NCBI GenBank assembly: GCA_015680685.1
Contig: MNCI01000838.1
Span: 74,855 to 138,854, forward strand
Length of the DNA: 64,000 nucleotides
Origin: Gnetum montanum
Taxonomy: Eukaryota; Plantae; Gnetophyta
Direction: 5' to 3'
Below, one piece after another: positions 1 to 10,709 of this stretch. Made by a program: the position numbers and the translations under genes. The notes beneath the pieces were generated by a model. The model was not told the origin of the DNA and ran no database searches. It was given only the letters and a program-made list of their open reading frames with translations. Numbering within the stretch: the first letter of the stretch is position 1; each line of letters starts with the position of its first letter.

Positions 1-830
1 ACCACTAAAATTGACATCCTATAGCAGCTGATTGAAAGGATCATGAAGTTTCAAGTGAATCGACATCAATTCCTCTTGGAATCCATTGTGAATTTTCATT
101 ATAAGCTTCACCATCGGTGAGCTTGTCAAGCCATTACACTACTTCCATGGGTGTAAGCCAGCTTGCGATTGTAAGATATAGTGCATTTGGTCTAGAACAT
201 AGTTTGCCCATGTACACCTATCACACGATTCGTTTTTCTCTCATCTCATAGCCATTGATCTCATTCATAAATCCTACTCCCGAACCTATAAAAATGCATA
301 AATACCCTATTCATTGACATAAATGGAGTTGGCAATTTTGAAGCAAGAAAACCAGTAATCCTGAACCCATATGCACTTGATCCCCAGTGCTTGCAAACAC
401 CTCACATTGGAGCTTAACGTCTAACTTGCAATCCAAAAACACAACTACATTTTGACTAGTGCACATTTTGTCAATTAATATGATACAATTTTATTTTTTC
501 CTTCAATTGTGTTGTTCTAGTTCATTATCTATGTCATCCTATTTTTTATCACACATTTCTGAATATTCTATTTATGTTTACATGTTATATTCACTTTTAC
601 ATTTCGTTGCATTCAGTTCTTCATTTTACATTTAGTGACGATAATCCCAGCGTAGGTCATAGCATACAATTGGGGAAGTCCTTGGTTGATCTACGTGCAG
701 AACATCCAAGGCACTCTACCTTTGTTTTTCTAGCTTGCCCTCATGAAAAGGTAGGGTCTTCTTTGTCTCTCAAGAGATCTTTCAATGTTCATTTTCCTCC
801 AACCTTACACAGACAATTTTGGACAGTACT
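1..830 (+). mobile_element. 3' part of an LTR (element J; 3' or solo LTR) inserted in the 5' leader of element A
   Basis: 640-830 aligns by eye with the 3' end of the element G LTRs (ggggaagtccttg...ccaaggcactctacctt...aaggtagggtctt...ggacagtac vs ...ggtcggtaca); no PBS follows it. Confidence 0.7.
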
Positions 831-1065
831 TACGCATCGTGCGGTGTAGATCAGTTGCCTAAACGTTTCCTTGGGAACCCTACTGGACATAAAGCATCTG
901 ATTGCCAATTGACTTGCCTATCTTATGGTAGTCTTGCACACACTTTGTACCCTATCATGCACTAGCATAAATGTGACACCCTCTTGTAGTTGTTTACACA
1001 TCGTGTAGTAGAGATCGGTCACTTTGACGATTCCTCAGGAACCCTGTGAGAGATAAAGCCTTTTT
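831..1065 (+). repeat. 5' leader repeats of element A (two units visible)
   Basis: Recurring catcgtg..gtagatc.gt...ttcct..ggaaccc...ataaagc; homologous to 37680-38130 and 41960-42620. Confidence 0.7.
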
Positions 1066-1164
1066 TTATTGGTTTTCAATTTCTTTGCTCCTCTCATTCA
1101 CAAAGCTATTTAGCTTTCCAATTTCTTTGCCTTTTTCCTATTTGCAAAACTATTTGGCTTAACG

Positions 1165-4100
1165 ATGGCTTCCTCAAGAATCGTTGCTAATACCTTCAAC
1201 GTTGAGGTTCCTTTCACAATTCAAGGCACCACTGGTGCCAAACAACCACTCAACCTGATGCTAGAAATGCGTCAATCCCTCTGAATACAAAAATTGGGTC
1301 CTAAAGGCTTGGCCCAACAACAAGAGTGTTATAACTTCATCTGTGCAAAGGTGCAGGAAAATCTACCCTTGGATGTGCATGAATTCAAAGACAAACATAG
1401 CTTCGAGTTTTCTTACTGCGACAAGAAGGAATTCATTCCTACTCCTGATGCTTCCATCCTATTGACACAGAGAAATCAGTGGCATATAGACCAACTGATC
1501 TAGTTGGCTAGACTTAGGGAATAGCAGGACACAACGTCTAACCATGATGATGCCTTCTAGGATGGACAGGAGGAACTTGATCCCTAATCTAACAGGGAAG
1601 TTCAAACCAACCCCATTACCGTCCCTCCTATCCAGTCTATCTAGACCCATCCGTTATCTGCTACCACTCCCTTCATAATCACATCAGCACCTTCAAAACC
1701 CACAATTACATCTATGATGGGTAGCCATGTTAACCCCTCAACATATCAATGACCTTTTTCACATGTTTCACCCATTTCATTTGCTATCACTATCCCTTTG
1801 CAAATTGTTTAGCAGTCCATTCCCATATCGCATCATGTGCCAATCATGGCTACCCTGCCACATGTACACACCATACCGACTTCATAGCCATACATAGCTT
1901 TCACTTCCATTCCTGCATTTACATCTATCCCACCATCAGTAGTGGGTGCAAGTCCATCTATGTGGTGGACCCCATTCACTACTCCCCCCGCTATGCTACC
2001 ATCGTAGACATCTCACAACATTTGCCAACAAACCCAAAAAATCCCACAAATGGTACAACCTAGTGTGGGACTATGGTTTATCCCGTTGGCTATGCAAACA
2101 ACCTATCCCACAGCCCAACTAATGGTTGCTGCCCTAACAACACCACCTTCTGGGTGGTGGATGATGCAAGCAACACCATCTGTGGGGGCCATCCCAATGG
2201 TACCACTACTGGGTCATGTCGTTGCCCCCGCCACTCCACAAATGAGAGCTACCTCAGTAGTTCCCCAGCCATCTATGTCATCCCAGGGTCTGGACCAAGC
2301 ATTCTAGCTCATCTAGACCATCACTAAGGAAATAAAATGCCTCAAGGCTATTGGGTCTGACACAGTACAAGTCATGAACTTTTATTAGGATGACCCCATC
2401 AGCCCTGCCATACCCACACAGATCCTACCTCTAGGGATGTCCCTCCCCCACTTCATGAAATACAATGGGAAGGGGGATCCCAATGCCCATCTTGTTATCT
2501 TTAGGTTTGAATCAGTTTTGTTACAACAATGGCCACACATGATTATTCATGTATTCAATATGTCCCTAATTGGAAGGGCTTTAGATTGGTACCGCACACT
2601 ACCATGCTCATCTATTTGAACTCTGGAAGAGCTTCTGACCCAATTCATGACACGCTTCAAGTATAACTTGAAGCTAGAAATTGCACTGGACCAATTGATG
2701 AGCATGAAGTAGGAACCTCTGGAGCCGGTCCAAAAGTTCATCTAGTGTTGGAGTGCAACCCTTAATGAAATTTGCGAGTCCATCGTTGAGGCCCATTTGC
2801 TAGCCATCTTTAAGGGCTCAGTAAATGACTTCATCAAGTCTAAACTATATTATCTCACTCCTCGAACTCTTATTCAGGCCTTCTCTTAGACTAAGAGCAT
2901 ACAAGATGCGGTCGAGGCAAGCAAAGACCTAGCCTACATTACCTACAAGTACACCTTCACAAAGAAGAATAAGGGTAAGGCTGCAACTACCATAGTGGCT
3001 ACCATGGCAAGTGAAGCCAAGCCCAAACCCAGTAACAATGGTAACAAGAGTAGCAAGAAATCGGCTGCACTTGCAGCTAGTCCCATGCCTAAGTAAGGCC
3101 ATGCATTGCAACCTGCCATACCCATGCCTAAGACATCTGCACAACCCAAACCAAACTTTGAGCATAAAGATTGCTCAAAGTACACCCTGCTTCCCCTCAA
3201 GCCTTCAGATCTTCTGAAGCAGCTACTTGCAGCGAGGTACATCCAGCACAAGTAGATGTCAGAAGAGGAAATCAGGAGATACCAACACTATTGCAAGCTC
3301 CTTAGAAATCCTTCTTTGGCCTTGCCCAATGAGCCCCTCATTCCTAAGGGTTTCAAGCTAGACAAGTTTTTTGACTATCACCAACAGTGTGGTCACAACA
3401 CGGATTACTGTCTAGCATTGTAGGATGACATCCAAATACTGATTGATCATGGAAAACTAGTTTTGGATAAAAGCAACCCAATACGCCCTAAGAACCAACC
3501 TATGCATGTCTACATAGACCCCATCAACACCAACAATGTTGGTTATGTCATCAATGCCATTGGTATTGATAGTGATCCTAGTCCATCCTAGCAGTCGTTC
3601 ATGGTCTGTGTGCCTCAGGGTAGTGCACCAGCACCGCCAACAATTGGCCAAAGCCCGTAGCAACCATTTATCCTAAGGATTCCTTCCCGAGCATCCATCC
3701 CCATGCCACTTGTTAGCAAAACCATGCTACCCTACTCATTAACACCCTTAGCTCTATTTTTCATCAAGGGGCCAACTCCTTCAATAGCCCCGACCCCACG
3801 CAAGACAACCACACAATCTTCTCATCCTAAGGAATGAGAAGCATGTTTCACAAGTGAGACGACATCGAAGGGAAGTACCACCTCAAGTGTTCCCAAGCCT
3901 ACATCATCACCTCCTACATCCATGCCCTCATCACCAAGGAGGGATGTTGATACAACAAAGCATTCCACACCACCCTGCCAAAAGGGATCTGAACTTAGAT
4001 CCGAAACTACCCCTCCTCAGGAAATTTATTTTTTGGAAAAAATAAAAGAGGAGAAACGTGGTAAATAGGGAGATGGCCAAGACCTCTTGGATTCCCTCAC

Positions 4101-4983
4101 CCAGGTCAAATAAGCTCTAAAACAAAAAAACACTACACTGAGCTTGTACGACCTAATCATGACATCTGTCCCACACCATGAGGCTCTGATCTACATGTTG
4201 ACGATGATTCCAGTTGACAAGGACATGCTAGTGGAAGAGGAAGTAATCCATTCGGTCCTACTTCCTTCTCCCCCTATAGAGCCAGAGCCATCTCAATTGA
4301 CTTTCTATGACAACTCCATTAGGGAAGATCCTGAAAGGGGTCAGGTGACTACAACATCCTTATTCATCATAATTTGGGTTAGCCAATACCAAATATGAAG
4401 GGTACACATTGATAATGGGGCTGCCACAAATATCATCCCCTTCCCTATTATGGACAAGTTGGGATTGGTCAACCAGATCAAACCCACAACCATGTCATGC
4501 TTGAAGTTGTTCAATGGGGCATGCGTCCTGGTGAAGGGAACCATCCAGATAGACTTCGTGGTAGGGGACCAGTTCCCCACAAACACAATGTTCATCATGG
4601 TTGAGGCGATGCCCAGTTTTAACCTGATCTTGGGGAGGCCATGGTTAGCACAACTTAGGGCTATCTCCTCACCTATACACTAGGAGATCCATCTTCAGTA
4701 CGCAGGTAGGGAGGTGGTGATTCGTGGTGATGATGTAGCGACATAAGCAATCAACAATGTAGGCATAGAACAAGGCTCAAAGGTCATAACCTCTAAGAAT
4801 GAAGCACTTTCCCCTATGCACACTAGCCATCTAGCAGAGGAGTCAGCTCAGCAAGCCGGTTCTCAACACGAAAGCAGATGAACAGAGTTGCCCTTCCAAG
4901 CGGAAGGCAATGATGCAGATGAAAGCCCTGGCAGAGCACCTTAACCTTATGCTTCCCTCAACCCATGATGGGTTAAGAAGTAG
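1165..4983 (+). pseudogene. gag: gag-protease ORF of element A (many in-frame stops)
   Basis: KYNGKGDPNAHL and MSLIGRALDWY capsid motifs; degenerate C-x2-H-x4-H-x4-C knuckle near 3370-3410; protease HIDNGAATN...FNLILGRPWL. Confidence 0.9.
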
Positions 4984-5121
4984 CTACGTGTAGTGTAACA
5001 ACCCTACTGCTTCCATCCCAGTTGCCACTACTTTATGCATTTACTGCCTTTCTTGTTTTACGCACATATACATCTCTACTAAGCATCGCTTTCTCTTATC
5101 ACATTTTTTCTTAAATCACTA

Positions 5122-5236
5122 TGGCCCAAAATGGCCCAAAACTATGACACACGCAATGGCCTGAAATGGCCAAAAACTAGCTATGGCTCAAAATGGCCTA
5201 AAACTATCCATGGCCTGAAATGGCCTAAAACTAGCA
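5122..5236 (+). repeat. Tandem array of ggcc-N6-ggcc-taaaacta(g) units after PR
   Basis: Four to five units such as tggcctgaaatggcctaaaactag; same array at 33470-33680, 51025-51380 and 58856-58992. Confidence 0.9.
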
Positions 5237-5402
5237 TAAAAGAGCAAAATTTTAGCATGACATTTAGCACATACACAATGCATAAGTTAGCATGGAATCA
5301 ATTCATCTCTTTATTCAAAATTTTTCTCTCTTAGACAATGTTTGCAAAAATTTTGCAAAACTTCAACAAAAACTCAAAAATTTCAAAAAAAATCCCATGC
5401 TA

Positions 5403-8400
5403 TCATGGGTTGTTTCTACCTGCATCATCCGCTTCTACATCGCCTTCCACTGCACCATCCCCTACTACCTCTTCATTCCTTCTAGTCATAGGCCTCACAA
5501 CTTCATCTGAAACCTACATTATAAGAGATAAAGTAGTCAGCTAGGGTAACACATGCAAGCTACAATAGAGAATAAGCATTAATATGATAGACAACGACTG
5601 ACATGAGAAGGACCCACGTCTGTCTCGAAGGATATATGGGGTAAATTGAGCCCAAGGTAGCGCCAGACCACCTCTTCCATGATGTCCACCCAACGCCTAA
5701 TGCTAGGTTCAGCATCTATTGTAGCCTTCTCCTTTTTAACGACCATCTATCTCAACGATCCTGAAGAGAAGGAGGCAGTTGTGGTCTCACTTGTGGGAAG
5801 GTTCACTTCCCATTCAGAAGACTCCATAACCTTTACCTACTTTTTGAACTTTTCATAAACTTTGAAAATGCCAATGGCATCTACAAATGCCTTATAGGTA
5901 AATGCTTCCATAGAAGCATCCCTATACAATCTACGATAGGAGGCACAACCCAGTTTATACATATGTTTATGGTTCTTCTGGGAATACCCCCATTCGTAAA
6001 CCCTGGCACTGAAATCCTTCCAATCCTGACATTTCTGGAGTAGCAAGTCCATTTTCATTTGCTACTCTATTATTTCATGGGTGGCTTCATTGTTCATATG
6101 CACAGATATCCAAAATTTGATGTAATCTACCATAGCCATGCACTAATCCTCGTTATTGGTATCACGAGCTATGAGGAATTCATTCCTCGACTTGAGGTCT
6201 TCCACCTTGATGCTCAACTTAGCCTTCTTTCTCTCAGCCTTTTGGACCTATTTCCATAAGTCTTTGTTGACATGCTTGTACTCCCACAAGGAGCAGGTCG
6301 AGTGCAAAGCACATTGGCTGACCTCATCATATGCACAACGAGGCACCTCAGTCACCTCAGGTGGGAATGTAGGTATGACACCGAACTTCAAAGGCCATGT
6401 TGGATCCCATTTGAGTCAAGAGGCTATCACAACATAAAGAGCATATCATTCACATTAGCATATAAAGTAACAAACTCAGAACTCTAGCATAGCAGCATGA
6501 GAGCATCCAACGCTACTACTTACCCATGTTAGGGTCGATTCGCTGAAGATAGCTGACCATGTCATCAACAACCCCCTACATAAATGTAAACTTATCAGGG
6601 GTCTAGAACCATGATTCCATTATAGGTGGTCCCAGAACCTTAGAAATAGTGTCTATCATGTAATTAAATGAGTCAACAATTATTGAAATGGACTATGACA
6701 AGGCACACACATTACCGAACTCACCAACAACTAGTTATGGCTCCCCTTCTTGCTGATGCAAAATAATGGTGGTGGCCCTAGCAGAAGTCCCTCCTAGGTC
6801 TAAGCGGGCCTCTTCTTCATTTGCTAATTCCTTCCCTTTTAAGGAACCAACATCCTTCTTATTAATGGGAGACTCTTCTTTGTCTCCAAAAATGTCTTCC
6901 TCATTAATAGGAGGATTTTGTCTAATGACAAGAGCCCCTACCTTAGCGGTAGGAGCTCCTTTCCTCTTGATTGAGGCCCTCTCTTCCAAGACTGGGGCCT
7001 CCATGTCTTTATTCATCACCTCCATCTTAGGAGCTGACACCTCTTCGTTGCCTTCTTCTTCTTCCTCTTCTTCCTCTAGCAGTTAGAAAACATGTTTGCA
7101 TTACCTTAAAATAGGTCAGCATAACATAGATTCTACGCTATGCTACACTATCTAGCATAGCACAGCGTAGCAGGCATTAACAAAGTAGGTGAAGAAATAA
7201 ACATGAATGAAAGTTTTTACCAATGGAGGATTGCATCCTCTGTAGTTTAAGCTACAGTTTCCATCCTTCCTCTTCCTCTGCATGAAGGGTTCCCTTAGCT
7301 AAAGCAAGCCTCTTCTGCTGCAACTTGATGATCATAGTTTTGGCAATGAGACACTTCCCCTATCATACACTACCAACAGTAGTAAGGGGCATCTCTCCTA
7401 CACTATCTTGGCCATGAAAGTTGTGGGCCACCCGATCCTTAGTCGTCACAGAGAATGACTCCCTAATTATTTCTAGGGGATCTTAGGCTGGGGTGGTCCT
7501 AAGGACCTGGCAGATCCATGGTTTGGAAATTTGGTTATGAATCTACAATATCTAGATCCCTTTCTCATAGACCACCATAATGAATGTTGAAACTAGACTC
7601 CTGCTTCTTATGGAGCCCCACAATTTTAGCCTGCAAGCCTATACATAGAAACCTAGCCCAGTTGTAGCAAGCCCCCTCTTCCATAACCTCGCGCATCACC
7701 CAGGCCTACTCAATTCCAAGGACATTCCTTTGGGAAAGTAGTTGGGGGAAGGCACGAGAATGGAAGATGGGGTAAACTTCTTTAGCAGGTCCTACTTTGA
7801 CCTTCTTCATAGGGATCCCCCTCTGCTCTTTAGCAATCCCTATCCACTCCATAATGTCATCCTTTTGAAGGGTTAACTCCTTCTTGGACTTTGACCCAAT
7901 AAGGATTCCATCGGCAGGGATATCAAAAATGTCCACAAATAGCTAGTCATTGATGTCAATGATCACCTGCACACTGTGAATGCGTGTGTGGAAGTAGTCT
8001 TCCTTGTCAAAAAAGGAGACCACCAAGGAGAGAATCTCAATAGCAGGAATTTTTAGGTTCGAGGTCAAGAACAAATATGGCAACCTGGCTTTTTGGAGAT
8101 TCTAGACCAAGGAATCTGAGGCTTTGCTATGTATCTAACACTGGCTCACAACTACTTTCCTATATTTGAAGTAGATGTTCACCTGTTGATTCTTGATGGT
8201 TACCACTGTCACCTCCTGGGGCTTCTTTTCCCCTGCAAAAATTTACATAAAAATGGTTAGCATAAGAACACAAAAATACAAAAAAAAATAGCAAAGACAC
8301 TTCAGCATGTCACATCCACTCCTTAGCTTACTAGGTTTATACAGCAATGGGAATTATGGGAGGGTGACCAAAATGTTTTCCAGGGGGATCAATTTCAAGG

Positions 8401-9803
8401 GTGCCCATCCCTCATCCAACGAACTAGACTCCTTACACATGTTGTAGAGGATGGGATATCATTCTGGATAGGTGGGGTACTTACCCTTACATTAACATAT
8501 AACACCTATGTGGATGTTCTCAGCAGAACAGAACTCCCACAAGGCCATCTCCGCTATGACCAAGGAATCCATATTACCGTGAAGGCCCTGGTCATTGATT
8601 AAAAACTTGGTAACAAAAACACATAATCAACATTTGGCCAAGCATAGCGACTATAGCATAGTATAGCAGAAATGACACTACAGAACTCACCTGCCAGCAT
8701 AGTAGACGGTTTCTGGTGGGTTTTGAAAGCATGTTCCCATATGACATGCAACAAACAATGTGTTGTAAGGATGGTAGCAGCTGTACTCAGGCATCTCCTA
8801 GATCCAATCCAAATGCCTCAAACCTTGGGGGCATGGGTCAGATCCCTCCCCCTACCCACTACCGACTACACCATCTCTAAGATGCCTTAGAATGCCCCAA
8901 GTTGCCCCAAGAAACAAAGTTTCTAGTATAATGGTTGCTACCTCCTCCTCTAAGTGTGACCAAATGATCACACTGAAGCATTGGAGGAGGAATTATAGGA
9001 ACTTCTGTGCTCCTATCTTGAACCAGATTGCCCGATCTCCCACACGTGTATGAGGAGGAGGAACATTGGCTATGGGTTTGTTCATGTAGCATAGGACCCC
9101 CACAATGTCTAGAACAATTAGAATTGGCCTAATCACTATCCTGCACAATAGAATAGCGAACGTTAGCATCACATTCAAAGTGCAACAGACACGTAGTGTA
9201 ACAAAATCTAGCATTTTAGCATCTAACGTAAACATAACGCTCTTTTTATACATAGCATAGAAAAAATGTTGAAGCAATAGCATAGTAAAGATAACCTAGT
9301 GTAGCAACAGAGTGATTAGCCCTAATCAAAGCAAATAGCACTACACCCTAACGAAACACGTGTCATACTGTCACATCACATGTAGCCAAACCCTCTTGGG
9401 GCTTCTACGCTACGCCACATGAAAGCCAAGTAGCTTAAACCATCCAAACCTCTATGGTAACGATAGCCATAACAGTGCTAGTTTAGGCGACCTTGCATGC
9501 AACAATAGTGTAGTGTTTGTGCATCCGCCATAGCCTAAACGGTAACAACGACGATGTAAAGGCCGAAACAATGATAACAAAATGATAGGAAATACAAACA
9601 TCCAAAATAAAGTCGTAGGAATAGGGATAGGACACAAAAGTGATAACAGAAGCATAAGGAAATAGAGGAAGCATAGCAGCCTACCGGGTTAACGGCGTCT
9701 CCTCCCAAGTCACGACACGTGCATGTGTCACGCACCCTAGGGATTCCTTCACCTCATTGACCTTTGCGAGCACCAAGTGTGTGCATTCTTTCTTTGGAGC
9801 CAT
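5403..9803 (-). pseudogene. Antisense multi-exon accessory gene of element A (FCP1/NIF-like domain plus unknown domains)
   Basis: ATG at 9803 (MAPK..HLVLAKV); splice sites at the same positions as copies 28928-33304 and 59072-63465; exons conserved while introns diverge. Confidence 0.85.
8691..9140 (-). pseudogene. Exon 3 of the antisense gene: FCP1/NIF-like HAD-fold domain (copy A)
   Basis: 450 nt between tgtgcAG and GTgagt; reads ILIVLDIVGVLC...IWFKIGAQKFL.FLLQCFSVIIWS...LRHLDWI...YNTLFV...FQNP. Confidence 0.75.
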
Positions 9804-9954
9804 CATTTTGCTTGCTAACTCTTCCTTGCTACTATGCAAAAAATCTCCTTACTCTCTATTAGCACAATCATCCTATGCTCCACAATCGCTTTGTGTTCTG
9901 AATGTGGGCTCTACACGGTTACGGCGATGACTAGTTTACCAGGGCTTAATCCCT

Positions 9955-9961
9955 TTTTATA
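9955..9961 (-). promoter_or_regulatory. TATA-like box of the antisense gene (copy A)
   Basis: TATAAAA about 150 nt upstream of the ATG; cATAAATA at the equivalent position in copies B (28770-28777) and C (63614-63621). Confidence 0.55.
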
Positions 9962-10164
9962 GCCATAATGGTAGAAAAGGGAAACTTTCCTTTCTCTCTC
10001 TCCATTTAATGTGGGGTGTACCATGCAGTGTAGCATGCTCACCATGACACCATAGCACTGTTGGCAATTAAAATAGGTAGATCTAGGCGAAAGATCTTGG
10101 CACACCTCGAGCTAGTCGTTTACTTTCTTGAAAAGCATAAAAAATATATATTTTTAGTTACCAG

Positions 10165-10500
10165 TATGGAAAGACCTTAAACTAGCTACCCCAACATAGC
10201 AACAATTTTAGCAGTCTAGAAAGACCTTAAACTAGTAATCTTAGTGTAGCTATAATTGTGCTAGTTCAAAAAGACCTTAAACTAGTAATCTTAGCATAGT
10301 TACAATTGTGCTGGTCTGAAAAGAACTTAAACTAGCAATCATGATCTTACACGCGTTCGTAATCTGCAATGACACTAAACTAGCAGTCTCACATTTTCAG
10401 TGATTTTATGTTTTTACAATAGCAGCTTTCTGTATTGCATACTAGTAGTTTTGCATTTTACTTCTGAGCAGTTCGAAATGACACTAAACTAGCAGCCTTG
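10165..10500 (+). repeat. Tandem array of (g)gtc-N6-gacc-ttaaactag units before pol
   Basis: aaagaccttaaactag repeated at roughly 45-50 nt spacing; homologous to 28310-28590. Confidence 0.88.
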
Positions 10501-10709
10501 CATTTACACATTGGCAGTTTTGCATCTTTAGCAGTTTTGCATCTTTGAATCTTAGTGATCCCCCACAACTCTGAGCTGGTGGGTTTTGATCTTTGTCTCA
10601 CACTTTACCAATTACACATTATTACTATTATGCAAATTTTTTCCATTATATGTGATTACTGCGAACAAGTGCCACCTAAACAGACTTTTATTTCATTCTG
10701 GCAGGTCGA

